Shown piece by piece: positions 39,184 to 52,984 of a stretch of 64,000 bases of DNA. Source of the stretch: Paramecium tetraurelia. Taxonomy: Eukaryota. The notes beneath the pieces are model-generated. The model searched no databases, was not told the origin of the DNA, and worked only from the letters and a program-made list of their open reading frames with translations. The stretch's first letter is position 1, and the number at the start of each line of letters is the position of its first letter. Location: NCBI GenBank assembly GCA_000165425.1, contig CT868681.1, forward strand, positions 124,001 through 188,000, read 5' to 3'. The position numbers and the translations under genes are program-made.

Positions 39184-40343
39184 ATGATTTCTAACATTTT
39201 GAAATCAAAGAAGTAACAACTCCTCTAAGAAGGTCAATAGAATATCACACTGGGGAAATTGGTCAAATTCTCTCACTATGAAACAATTTTCAAATATTCT
39301 TTCTTTGCGGTTTTATGTAACTTAGAATTTTATTGTCATAGTTGTTATTTCTTTGTACAGCTTAGACGTCATCCAATTTTAGCAATTCCTAAAAGAGAAG
39401 AACCTCAGAAGATTCGATTGGTCTGAACTCAAATGGCTGGTTATAGGATTAATCCTAATTCATGTAAAATAAATTTTTTTATAAATTAAGATCACTAAAG
39501 AAATAAACAGATATTTGGTTCACGATTATGTATCGAATTCATTGGATAAGAAATATGTTGGTTTTGATAGATAATTAAGAGTTCAAAAAATTGTAAAATG
39601 GATTTATGATACTTTCTACTATTCAGTAGCCACTATATTCGCATACATCGTCTTTAGAGAGGAGAAATGGTTCCCAACCTAATTGGGTGGCTAAAATTTC
39701 ACAGAAACCATGTATGATTTCCCCAATATGCCTGATGTATAAATTTAAATAATTCCTCTTAGAATCCTTGGGTTCCATTCTATTACATGATTTAAACTTC
39801 AAGTCATGTTCACGCTTTATTATTATTGATGTTCCATGGCACAAAGATTGAATTAAAGTATTGGGAATATTTACTACATCATTTTCTTGCTGTTAGTTTG
39901 CTTTACTTCTCAACCATTTATAATTGTGAAAGCATTGGCATTGTTGTTTTGGTACTCCACGACATAAGCGACATCTTTTTAGCTTACGGAAGAACTTATG
40001 CTGATATTGGAAAGAATAAGATCCTTGTTTATGTGAGTTTCTCAGCTATACAAATCTCTTGGCTTTACACCAGAGTCTATGTATTCCCGATAAAAATATA
40101 TGATATCATAGTAAATCATCCTGGGTTTTCACTCTACTGGTATTAATTCAATACTATAAAAATAGGGAAAATACAAAACACGCTCTATACAATCAAGTAG
40201 GTTTAATGGTCGTTTTGTTTGGAATGCACATTTATTGGACCATTTTCATGATTAAAGTCGGAATTGGAATCTTCTCAGCTGGTAAATACAAAAATGTATA
40301 TGATAACAGAGAAAATAAATTAGATCACAAAAAGGAAAATTGA
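39184..40343 (+). CDS. Ceramide synthase (LAG1/CerS, TLC domain)
   Basis: Lag1 motif YLLHHFLAVSLLYFS...IGIVVLVLHDISDIFL, then WLYTRVYVFP and MHIYW. Ends in KKEN, a KKxx ER-retrieval signal. Confidence 0.9.
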
Positions 40344-40398
40344 TTAATATATATATCAAGTATTATGAAATTCATATTTGTATTTTTAAATATCATTC

Positions 40399-41883
40399 TC
40401 ATTACTTCTTTCTTGGTTTTTAGCCAAATTAAGTTACTGTGAAAAATGCAAACAAAATATAAGTTGTTAAATTAAATATGTAACTAAATTATTTACAATA
40501 ATATATACTATACTGATCCATAAAATCTTAAATTGTCTCTTACATTCATCAATTAAAATCCAACCCCAAAACAATTGAATAGAGAATTAACAAAGTAGAA
40601 TCTTACACATTTGAATAAGATATTTGAATCCCATATCTTTAACACATTAGTATTCTATCCTAGCTTATGGATATATTTATTGATCATTCCAATTAAATTC
40701 CAATGGAAAAAAGAAATGTAATAGCCAGGATAAAATCCATGCCAAAATGCTGAGACAGCAAATGTTATTAATTGAGCCTTTTAGGATTTGGCTGGACTTG
40801 ATTTTAAAACTGATTCAGGATACACTCTCAAATAAACATACTTTTTAAGCCAAACTTAAACAGAAATATTCCACAATTCTATTTTATCCTTTGGATTTGT
40901 AGTCAAATCAATTGTAGGGTCAATCGATCTAATTCTTAACCATTTGTCTTTTCCATCCTAATTTCCATTATAGGTAAAACCAGCAGCAGCCAATCCACTT
41001 TCTGAGAATAACCATCCTGAAACATATTTGGTTCTATGTAAAGTGATGGTCAGATTTAACCATAATATTTTGTAGAGCAAACAAGCTTCATCATATTCTG
41101 CAGACATCAAAGATTCCAAAGACCATCTTGGATATACTACAACAATGAAAAAACTGTATATCAGTGCATTTCTAAACAAACGGAATGTTTCCCAGAATGT
41201 ACTTGGAATTTTCTCATATACGTTAGTCCTCTTAACAAAAATATCATAGTCATAATAGTCAAAAGAAGGCTAAATTCAATATTATAACTTACTCCAGCCA
41301 GGCATCCACAAAAGAAGAACATGTATCCAAAATAATCTGTATATGATGGCATTTTTTGTAGTTTTCTTTCTTGTTAATCAGAATTCAATTCTTCGTCTTT
41401 TCTTAATCCATCCTCATAATTATATGCAAATGAAGTCCATTTTACAGTGTTCATCATTAATATAGTCGTTATATCTAATTTCCTACCCGTTATTCAGATA
41501 TTTACCAGCCACCATAATCTGTATATTGTCTGTAAATGTGATGTACTGCAACATAAATGAGGGTTTCATAAAATACCCATTTTGCCTTTATGCCAATTTT
41601 ATTCAATGTAATTCGCTTGGTCATTTCATATACTATGATATTCTGTATTATCACACTAATCAGTTTCTCTTAGTAGAGCATGTACGATAATAATAAACCA
41701 ATAGTCAAACCAAAATATTTTCTTAGTTTAGCACCTAGTGAATCATGATTATTTCTAAATACTCTTTAATGTTTTAAATAGGAAGCCCAAAGGTATTGTG
41801 ATTATGAACCCAAATACCATTCTTGCTTAGTCTTCTGGGAGACCGATCAAACCTCCAAGCCATTCAAAAAATGATAGGAGCAT
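40399..41883 (-). CDS. MBOAT-family lysophospholipid acyltransferase
   Basis: Reads LMMNTVKWTSFAYNYEDG, YFGYMFFFCGCLAG, WNISVQVWLKKYVYLR and AVSAFWHGFYPGYY, which carries the catalytic His. Confidence 0.9.
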
Positions 41884-42018
41884 CACTATTTAATTTAATA
41901 CTTAAATATTATTAATTAGAAAATATCATTATAACTAAGTGTGTTGTTCTATTATTGATTTGTCTTCGTAATGCGAGGATATTTATAGTTTTTTTTATAA
42001 AATTTTTCAATTATCAAA

Positions 42019-43286
42019 ATGGATGTTCCTATCAATAATTTCAAAGGGGTAATGTTATGTAACAGACCAAATGAAAATGTTATGGTAATAAAAGAAAAGT
42101 AAGGATATGAGAATTATTCAGGCCATTCTGCTCAAGAGTCTAACCTTATGATTAATGGGGATTAACAAAAAAATATGAAGAACCTAAAGTGGTTGTACCT
42201 CAAACTAATCCTGTATTAGAGAGACATAAGAAATGGTTAGAGGAGTTCAAACTCTAAAATTAGATTAAAAAACATGCCAAGGAAGAATTATAAGCAAGAG
42301 AAGATGAGAAATTTTTAAGAGTGAGAGAATTGGCAAAGAAAGATAGAGAAGTAACAAAAAAAATGAAGGAAGATTACAAATAGATGAACGAGCTTATTAA
42401 AAAAGAATTGCAAGAAGAAGCACCAAAAACTAAAACGTAAGACAATCATAATAATTGTAAAGTGTGGCATTAACAGCAGAGAATCTAAAAAAGTTAGAAG
42501 AAAAAGATTCTAAGTCTGAAAGTAAACCAGGCGACAAGAAAAAGAGATATAAAACCAAGCCAGTTTGGGCTATGACTAAAGAAGTAATTAACAGTTATAA
42601 ATATTATAAATTAGGAAGAAGAGCAACATTTGAAGAACGAGGAAGATGAACTTTTGAATTTTGTAGAAAATCTAGATTATGATTCATATGTCAATGACTT
42701 AGAAGTATCTAATTTAGATAATTTAGGTTAATGTTATGCTCAAGGCTCTCTAATAAAGAGTTGCCGATATTAAAAAATAAGAGTACTAATAAGAAAAACC
42801 AGAAAATCAACCTGAATAAAAGTAAGAATAAAGAGAACCTGATATTTACGATAAAATTAGTTAATCCTTAGGTAAAAATGATGAAGCTAGATCAGTGCAT
42901 TCTGAAAAGACTTAAAGTAAATTTGGTCTTTAAATTAGATTCTATTAATCAACTAAGGAAGAAGCAAGAATAGCTAGAATCTGGAAAGTAAGATTGGGAT
43001 AAGACAACTACGAATGGAGATTAAAAAGCATCATTAGAAGATAGAATTGCAAAGCATGTTGCGGATGAAATCCTTAATTAATATAAAGTAAAGCTAAATT
43101 CTCCTATATAAGAATATGTCAAATATACATTCCAACTCATCAATCAGAAAGATATTAGAGAGAGAAGCCAAGAAGACTCTGCTGGAGACTGGTTTACCTG
43201 GACCTGTTATTTCAGTCATAAAAAATGAAAAGATGCCTAGAGATCCCAATACACTACCTTACTTACATCGTAACCCAGCCATTTGA
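42019..43286 (+). CDS. Uncharacterised coiled-coil protein with conserved-looking blocks
   Basis: Blocks FKGVMLCNRP, KPVWAMT, LLNFVENLDYDSYVNDLEV, IHSNSSIRKILE and LPYLHRNPAI then TGA. Several introns. Confidence 0.65.
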
Positions 43287-43387
43287 TATATCGATTTCAT
43301 TTTAAAAGAGGCATTTTCTGTATATGTAGATTTTTTATTACTTTCAATAAATAACAAAACTATAATAATGCTTTGAGATATAATTAA

Positions 43388-44901
43388 TCAAATATCCTTG
43401 ATATTTCCTTCTTCTAGATTATCATAATTTGGAATTTAATCTTCAATGTGTGGTGCTAGTGATGTGACTAATGGAGCATCTCCATATTGAAGCACTCTAA
43501 CTGTAATATTAAAGTTTTCTTCGTCTTGTAAAATAGATTATTTTATTTCTTATTGCTTTTCAAAAACTTCCTCAAACCCTACATTCTTTTTATTTTGCAT
43601 TCTTCTGAAATGAACAGCTAACAACATAACAAATAATCCAACAAAAGAATAATACATCAATGCAAAAACTGCAACTTAAGAATTATGTCTTTCCATTAGA
43701 AACCCATATATTGAGGGAGCAGGTAAAAAACCGAATAGGTTTTGAAACATTGTTGTACTTGAATTGGCAAATGCTTTTAAATGTTTAGGGACCGAAGAGA
43801 GCATGATTCCCATCAATGGTGGAACTATTGCTCCTCCAAAAAATAATAAGAACCAAAGACACAGTGCTCCAAACCAAAATGTCTCAGTAAAAGGTACTGG
43901 AGCAGCACTAATACAGCAGAGTGAGCAATATAAGACACATACATATAAAGATTTAGTTCTTTAGTATCCACCTAATTTTTGGGCTATTAACCCTCCTGTA
44001 ATACAACCAAATACTGGAGCTGTTATGGAAACTATTGCAAATACTATATTGACTGTTTATTTCTCCTAATGCATTTCTTTAATCATATAATCTGTCATCC
44101 AAAATTAAATGCCAGTTACAATAAAGTATAGAATGCTGATCACAATAGTGCAGCATAACCATAATTTTATAGAATAGAGTTCTTTCATCATTTACCAATA
44201 AGTTTAATTTGGTTGATGCGCAAGAAGTGAACCAGTTTATTACTCATCATTAATCGACTTATTTCCAAATTTGTTTTTTGTACTCTTTTTTATATCAAAG
44301 TCTTTATTCTATACAAAAATTATGAAAATTATTGCACAAATGGTTAACATGATTACTTATGCATAAAAAGCCACCTACCATTTCCATATACTAGAAATCA
44401 CACTTGATAAAGAATATCCAACAAATATGCCAAGTGGAATGACTCCTTGCAGAATTGTGATCCAAATTGTTTTAGAATCTCCTCCAAAATTATCAACCCA
44501 AACAGGAAAGTAAATCATCATAGGGGCCTTTGATATAATAATTAACTACTTTTGAACATCCTGTAAGAAATCTAAAAATATAAAATGGCCAACTCGATCC
44601 ATAATTCATGGGGAATAGGGCTAAAGAGGATATCATTCCTAAATAACTTAACATAACTATCAGCTTGGAATTAAAATGGAGAAACAGTTTCCCTCCAAAC
44701 AAACAAACTAGACTAACACCTGCATAAACTTGTGATCCTAAATATCCTAACTATTCTGAAGTTAATTCAAGGGAATCCTCAATCTATTATATTGCTTAAT
44801 AGAATAAAGATCATACCTGCTGGAATGATGCCCTAGTCTAGATTAATAATAATGTTGGTGCAAAGAAGCAAACAAAAAATCCATTTTGGCTGAAATTCCA
44901 T
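43388..44901 (-). CDS. MFS transporter, Spinster-like
   Basis: Reads NIIINLDQGIIPA, YFPVWVDNFG, LYFIVTGIQFW, SITAPVFGCITGG and QNLFGFLPAPSIYG. About 12 TM segments. Confidence 0.82.
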
Positions 44902-45750
44902 ATGTTATTTTAACGAATGTTACGTAACCAAGGCAATTAAGAACTAAATTTGATTAAAAATGTATACTAGAAATATAGGAATTTAAGAATTTAATTTTAT
45001 TCAAATAATCCATAGATTCATTTGAAATCTCTTAAAGGCAAAAGATAAAAAAAACAATTTAAACTTGCTGTTTAGATACATTATCTTGTGTTTTATAAAC
45101 GAATCTTCATATAACTCAAACTAACTTATGAAAGTTAGATAAGTATTTTTAATTTTTAACTCATATTTCCTGGTTAAGACAGAAAAAGAACATAAGATAT
45201 TCATTTATGAATTAAATAATATGAAGAGTATTTGCTTGCAAAGTCTAAACTTTGAAAAAGTTATTTTATAGAAAAATTGAACAATATGCAAAAATTATAA
45301 AAAATTTGTGGAAAATGTTTTAATAATTGACAAAATTATATATCCATTGATTAATACACATAATATAAATTTCCTTTCATATATATCTCATATAAATATC
45401 TGAAAGACGAAAATGGTTATTTATATTATAGAGAAGTAGGGTTTGTGGTAATACTAAAAATTTCAATAATATATCATTAAAGTAAGACAATTTTTTAATT
45501 ATTTTTCATTTTTAAAAGGCTAATGATTATAGAAACGTTATTTTACCATGTTTATCTTTACTTTTTTTAAATATTCACGTGTCTTATTTGGTTCATACAA
45601 TTGTTAATAAATTGTGTTTTGTATAAATATTCAAAAAGTGAAATAATTCATCAACTTATAATGAAAAGTTAGATTTTGCTTTTAGAGGATTATGAAAAGA
45701 GTCTCTGAAAAATTTATCTTTTACTTAATTTCTATAAATTATTTTAACGG

Positions 45751-47191
45751 ATGTTACAGCAATTTTAAGAGTTGGAAAAGCTGGGTTCAGGTTCATTCAG
45801 CGAAGTTTGGAAGGTAACTTGAATAATCTAGATAGGTAATGAGGAGAGCTGACCATTAAATTTATGCAATGAAGAAAATAAAGATGGGAACCCTTAATGA
45901 GAAAGAAAAATAGAACGCCCTTAATGAAATTCGGTTACTAGCTTCCCTGAATTAAGAATTCATTATAGGGTATAAGGAGGCACTTTACAACGAAGGTATT
46001 GGTTATTTCCATATCATAGACACATAAACTTTGGGAATTATTATGGAATATGCAGAGGGAGGAGATGTTGCAAAATAAATCACAAATAAATAGAACAAAA
46101 CACAAAAGTTCCAAGAATATGAAATTTGGTAAGCCCTGATTTAGATAACACAGGGTTTGAAAGAATTACATGAAAAATTGATATTTCACAGAGATGTCAA
46201 ATCAGCTAACATTTTTATCTCAAATGGGGTTTATAAATTAGGAGATTTAAACGTTTCAAAAATTGCCTAAAGAGGTCTATTATACACTTAAACAGGCACT
46301 CCATGTAATTTAGTTTAAGTAAATTGAGACTATGCGTCGCCAGAAATTTGGAGAGATGAACCATATGACAATAAATCGGATATCTGGTCATTAGGGTGTG
46401 TTTTATATGAAATGTGCAATTTGCATCCTCCATTTCAAGCTTTGGATATGGAAGGCCTATATAAAAAGATTTAGAAAGGAATCTGCCCTGCCATAAACGG
46501 GTATAGTAATTAATTAGTTTCACTGATTGGTTAGATGTTGAGGCTTAATGCATCAGCTAGACCTAGTTGTGATTAAATTTTAAATAGTAATTTAATGCAT
46601 TCTGATTTTAGTAGATTGTACATCAAAACACCCTCTATAGCTATTAATAAAAGAATGATGAAAACAATTTAACTTCCCAAAAATCTTAGTACACTCAACG
46701 ATATTCTACCAACAAAAAAGTACTACAATGAAAATAAAGAAAATGATAATGAATCAGTTAGATATAGTATTTAATCTTCTAAGCTAATGCCAATAAATAG
46801 AAAATCTGTAAATAATTCGTGTATTGAATATGAAAAAAGATTCTACAGAATTTCTTCTGTTCATGAGGAAATATTGCCAACCCTACCTTCTGAATACAAA
46901 TAACCAAAAGTGTTATCGAGACGTAGGCCAAGTAGTTAATATAAAGAAGAGGAAATAAATTTAGAAAGAAGAGCAGAAGCCATTGTCTCAAGAAAATAGT
47001 TACAAAAATAATTATCGGAATAACATCCTTTGCCCAAACCTATTTTAAAGAAATAAATGAGCAATCTTCCTCATTTATACCGGAATGTAAACGATTCTGA
47101 AAGATAAGAAAATAATAAATCAAAATATCATCAATCTCCAAATAATTACGCCCGTAGGAATATTAGAAAATAAATTACTTCATAATAATGA
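45751..47191 (+). CDS. NIMA-related (NEK) kinase
   Basis: Reads [65 protein letters not shown] and KSDIWSLGC. Confidence 0.92.
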
Positions 47192-47212
47192 TTTCTATTT
47201 TTTTAAATATAA

Positions 47213-48724
47213 ATGTTTATCATCATGTTCCTATTTTTAATAGAAAGTATTTAAGAGTACTGTGAGCCTTATGGCGTAAGATTATTTTTAGGACATTATT
47301 ATACAAACTTAAAGATCGAAACAGATGCATTAAGAATAGTATTCAATACTAAAGTATGATTTAAGTATTATATATAGAATTAATGTAATAAATAGTTTTA
47401 GGTATTCATCAAAGGAGATTAAGAATTCAACATTACAACTTATAAAACCAAGTTTTTAAACATGACAGATATTTATGTTGGTACAAAAGCCAATATAGAA
47501 TATGAAACATACATACATACTTTCCAAATTCCAATATAATAAACTTCAAGAATTTTGTATGCTTTGAAGAACAATGATAAATTGATTAAAGAAGCTTAAG
47601 TTAAATTACCTCAACTTCAACAAGATACTACTAAAGTTCTCTTTTTTGGAGACATGGATTCAAGATGGTTATTCAATAGATCCAAGTAAACCTTTGATTG
47701 GTTTGAAGAATAAATAAACCAAAATATTGAGTATGATAGTTTGCTTTTCACTGGAGACATGGCCTACGATCTTGAATCAGATAATTGTGAAAGAGGAGAA
47801 CTTTGGATAAGCAGAATTAGTTTATTTACTTCATAATATCCCTTTATGATATCTCCTGGAAATCATGATGGCGGCTTTGATTATAAATAGACTTTTCTTA
47901 GAGAACACTTTTAAATGTTATATCTAACTGAATATGATACTTAAAATTATTAAAATGATTTTTATAGTTTCAATATTGGTATGGTACATTTTATTTAGTA
48001 TGATCCTGTTATGATAGTTTATAAAGCTGATCCAAATAACTATATTAAAAACAGATTGTTATCATAATTTAGAAATGATTTAAGTAAAGCAGTGTAAAAT
48101 AGAGAAGAAGTACCTTGGATTGTTGTGTTTACACATTATCCAATTTATTGTAATTTTATGGATGATGATCAATGCGTTAATAATTTTAAATATTTAGCTG
48201 AATTTGAAAAGTTATTTTAAGAATTTCACGTGGATCTATATGTCTCAGGTCATTAGCATAATTATTAGAGAAATTAACCCTATTATTAAAATCATTCAGT
48301 TTCATATTAAATTGATGGAAATATCTACTATAACTATGAAAGTCCTATTACAATTATAGAAGGAGCTGGAGGAGCTGATTATGGTCCAGAAATTATGATA
48401 TGTAAATTATGATGTTAATTTTCAGATAATGATTAACCATATACAGCAAAGTAGTTAGCATAAAATGGCGTTGGTTTGCTGTAGGTGATGAACAAAACAC
48501 ATTTACAATTTCAACATATAAGAGTTTCAACAAACCAAGTTATGGATGAGATTTGGATAATGAAAACCTATGATAAAGAAAAAGATAATTCTTTTGAGTA
48601 TTGGATCATTACTATAATTATATGTGCTATCGTTATCGTTCTGGCTTTATTTATTTTTATTTTTGTAAAATATAAAGGTAGAAAATCAAAAACATACTAA
48701 AAGGCAATGGATAATTTAGTTTGA
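47213..48724 (+). CDS. Purple acid phosphatase-like metallophosphoesterase, copy 1 (signal peptide + C-terminal TM)
   Basis: Reads FFGDMD, TGDMAYD, PGNHD, PWIVVFTHYPIY and SGHQHNYQR. TM segment WIITIIICAIVIVLALFIFIFV. Confidence 0.88.
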
Positions 48725-49199
48725 AAATATAATTTGTTTATTATATAGATTCGTTTCATTTAATTGATAAAATGTAATTTACATGTCTTTTTGTTGACAT
48801 TTTTAATCTAAATTTATATTAATTAAAATGAAAATATTATAAAAAAGGAAACTTTATAATTTTGTATTTTATGTTGTTCATCATCAAAATTAATGACACA
48901 ATAATAATAAATAAATTTATATAATTAATTGAAAAAGTTGTAATACTGATTTGGATATTATTTATACAAGATAAAAAGTCTATTAAATTCTGAAATTTAT
49001 ATTAAGCTTAAATGAGTCTTAATAATATCATTTTTAATATCTTTTTCTACTTATTTGTAACTTTTTCTTTTGTCAAGAATCCTATGTTCTGAAAAACAAT
49101 AAATTATTTTTCTTCTTTATAATTTTTAGACTAGAATGGAAGATTCATTAACAATCCCCTATTTAATAAATTAGTAAATAAATATATTTATGAGGTATT

Positions 49200-51400
49200 T
49201 TCTTGTAATAAGCCAAAAAATTTATTGCCCTAAAAAAGTTTGAAGCCTAAGATTGGGTAGTTTTTGAACACTTAAATCATAAAAAAATTCAAATTTTGGA
49301 GGAAATAAAACTTCTAGAGATAAAAAATGTTAGGCTAATTTAATAGACTTATTTTTATTACCAGAATCTAATGTAGTACCATCTGGAGAGAAGCTTACGG
49401 ACCAGATTGAATTAGTACGACTATCTAATTTTTGACTTTTATATTAACATTCCATAAACGGATAGAGTTATCATCACTGCCAGATGCTAATTTAGTACTA
49501 TCAGGGGAGAAACAGGCTGACCATGCGGTTTTATTTGTAATTATCTAATTTTGTTTTTATCAAGCTGTCTTGACAAGCCATTAACGAATAGTAGGATCCC
49601 CCGCTACCTAATACTGATTTAGTACCATTAAAAGAGAAACAGACTGAGTGAACTGAATTTGAATGACCATCTAATTTGGCTTTTTATAGTTATACCTTTA
49701 ATCCCATAAATAGATGGAGTTATCTTTACTGATGCTAATGTCTTACCATCAGGAGAGAAAAAGACTAACTTTACTTTATAAAAAAGTCTATCAAATTCAA
49801 CTTTTTTTCAATGCTGTCTTAAAATCCCATAAACAGATAGATTTATAGAAACTACTAAAAGCTAAGGTCATTCCATTAGGAGAGAAACCTATGTTTTAAC
49901 TTTGAATTTTAGAGCCATCAAATTTGAAATTTTATTATCTATCTTAACATCCTAAATCAGATCGAGTTACCCTTACTCCATGATACTAATGTAGTACCAT
50001 CAGGAGAGAAACTGATCGGATAATCACATGAGTATGAACATCTAATTTGGCTTTTATGAAACTTTCTTAACATCCCATAAGCGTATAGTTTTCCATCATC
50101 TTACTAGTTGCTAATATAGAACAATCAGGAGAAAAACATTATGTCGTATCACTATCATTTTGATCAATTATTATCCTGTCCTAACATCCCATAACATGAT
50201 AGTGTTTGAAATTCATTTCTTACTAATACAATTCCATTCGGAGAGAACTAGACTGGTCGATTTTAACTCTGAAATTCACATTTTTATATTCCTGTCTTAA
50301 TATGCCATAAACGGATACTCTAAGACATTAATGTTTAATACCATCAGGTGAAAAACAGACTGAATTTTAATGGCCTACAAATATTTTCAATTATTTTCCT
50401 GTTTTACCATTCCATAAATACACAAAACACTCGATGGAGGATGCTAAAGTACCAAATGGGGTGAAATTAACTGATGTGATATCATGGTATTACTTTTTTA
50501 TAAGCTTTATTTTTCCTGTTTTCACATTCCATAAAAGAATATCATTTTTACTACTACATGATGATAAATTTACAATCTAGAGAAAGCAAAATGATCTGAT
50601 ACTATTCTTAGAAACAGCTAACTCCATCAATTCATTTATTCTTAAATTCTTCAATTTACAGTTTAATAATTGGCTCTACTTAAATTCATTCGACTAATAA
50701 TAACATTGTCAAATTTAAATCCACTAAAGTCACATTTAACAAAGTTAGCTTTTATCAAAGAAGTATTTTAATTTTAATATTTTCAACTCATAAATGAAGA
50801 GAATTTGATCCACTATAGATGAAATTATTATGATGGAAAGTGACATGCACTAAAACTTTAAAAAATTCAATTATGTCTTTATGACCCCTTATTGTATTAA
50901 TTAGAGTATATTAATTAATTAAAACCAAGATAATCGTATTTTATCTCCAAATTATAATTAATTATTGATTCAGATTTATTTGCCTTTTAAAATGCAAGAA
51001 TACTAATACGATATTATCTCTATAAGAGATTATATCAAAATATATCTTTTTTTGTGCATTTTGATAAAATTGCTTTGTCCTTAGTGATATTTTCCTGTTG
51101 GATTTTAACTTTAGTAATCAATATTAAGATTATGATAATTCAAGCATTCTACATTGAAAGATCATATTCGCATAAATGAATTAAATTTTAATCAATATAT
51201 CAACACAACTTAGTAAGAAATTTATGATGATTCAAGACATTTAAATCTTAGAAAGCTGTGAGAAGAAAAATAGTTAAGAATTCTTTAAAGAAGTATACTA
51301 TTTTTGAGATTAGTATTATTTAATAAATATAAATAAATTCGTATTAAAATTTCGTAAAATTTGAAAATATACTTTCTTTAGTGAGAGAGATCACAAAAAA
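49200..51400 (-). pseudogene. Degenerate pentapeptide-repeat + WD40-repeat gene (boundaries approximate)
   Basis: About ten decayed FSPDGTTLASGSxDNSIRLW-type repeats (49370-50600), preceded by pentapeptide-like NTSLIKANFVKCDFSG (about 50710-50790). Frameshift near 49730 and in-frame TGA near 49957. Confidence 0.82.
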
Positions 51401-51465
51401 TCCTTTTGTTCATTTAAATCCTAAATTTACTTGCATAGAATTATGAAGATTATTTTAAATTATAA

Positions 51466-52984
51466 ATGTTTATCATCTTATTCCTATTTTTCATAGAAAG
51501 TATTTAAGAGTACTGTGAGCCTTATGGCGTAAGATTATTTTTAGGACATTATTATACAAACTTAAAGATCGAAACAGATGCATTAAGAATAGTATTCAAT
51601 ACTAAAGTATGATTTAAGTATTATATATAGAATTAATGTAATAATTAGTTTTAGGTATTCATCAAAGGAGATTAAGAATTCAATATTACAACTTATAAAA
51701 CCAAGTTTTTAAACATGACAGATATTTATGTTGGTACAAAAGCCAATATAGAATATGAAACATACATACATACTTTCCAAATTCCAATATAATAAACTTC
51801 AAGAATTTTGTATGCTTTGAAGAACAATGATGAATTGATTAAAGAAGCTTAAGTTAAATTACCTCAACTTCAACAAGATACTACTAAAGTTCTCTTTTTT
51901 GGAGACATGGATTCAAGATGGTTATTCAATAGATCCAAGTAAACCTTTGATTGGTTTGAAGAATAAATAAACCAAAATATTGAGTATGATAGTTTGCTTT
52001 TCACTGGAGACATGGCATATAATCTTGAATCGGATAATTGTGAAAGAGGCGAGCTTTGGCTAAGCAGAATTAGCTTATTTACATCTTATTATCCTTTTAT
52101 GGTAACTCCTGGAAATCATGATAGCGGCTACAACCGTAAATAGATATTTCTTAAAGAGCACTTTTAAATGCCATATATTAATGAGCTTGATATTTAAGAA
52201 TATGAAAATTATTTTTATAGCTTTAACATTGGTTTCGCACATTTTATTTAATATGATCCAGTAAAAATTATTTACAAAGCAGATCCAAATAACTTAATTA
52301 GAGATCAACTTTTACTACAGTTTAGAGATGATTTAAGTAAAGCAGTGTAAAATAGAGAAGAAGTACCTTGGATTGTTGTATTTACACATTATCCAATTTA
52401 TTGTAATTATATGGATGATGATCAATGCGTTAATAATTTTAAATATTTAGCTGAATTTGAAAAGCTATTTTAAGAATTTCATGTGGATCTGTATGTCTCA
52501 GGTCATTAGCATAATTATTAGAGAAATTAACCCTATTATTAAAATCATTCAGTTTCATATTAAATTGATGAAAATATCTACTATAACTATGAAAGTCCTA
52601 TTACAATTATAGAAGGAGCTGGAGGAGCTGATTATGGAGCAGAAATTATGTTACGTAAGATTTTATGAAAACTTAGTTGAAAATAAACCATATACAGTAA
52701 AACAGATGGACCAAAATGGTGTAGGTCTGTTATAAGTAATGAATAAAACACATTTGTAATTCTAATAGGTGAGAGTTTCTACAAATTAAATTATTGATGA
52801 ATTTTGGATAATATAAAATAGAGACAGTTATGGTCTTTATTATTCTAATTATGAATACTGGGTCCTTTTTCTTCTAGTTGGGATTTTAATTTGCTTTTTA
52901 ATTTTAATATTATTGTATTAAGTTAGACGTCTCAAATTAAGATTCAATAATTAATACTTGCGCACTAACGATTAAATTGTTTGA
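51466..52984 (+). CDS. Purple acid phosphatase-like metallophosphoesterase, copy 2
   Basis: Tandem paralog of 47213..48724 at an offset of about 4253 nt, with motifs GDMAYN, PGNHD and GHQH. TM segment YWVLFLLVGILICFLILILLY. Confidence 0.88.

Noticed and set aside
49370..50600. Regularly spaced direct repeats resembling CRISPR or a satellite
   Set aside because: The period of about 120-126 nt and the translation show WD40 coding repeats, and the context is eukaryotic.
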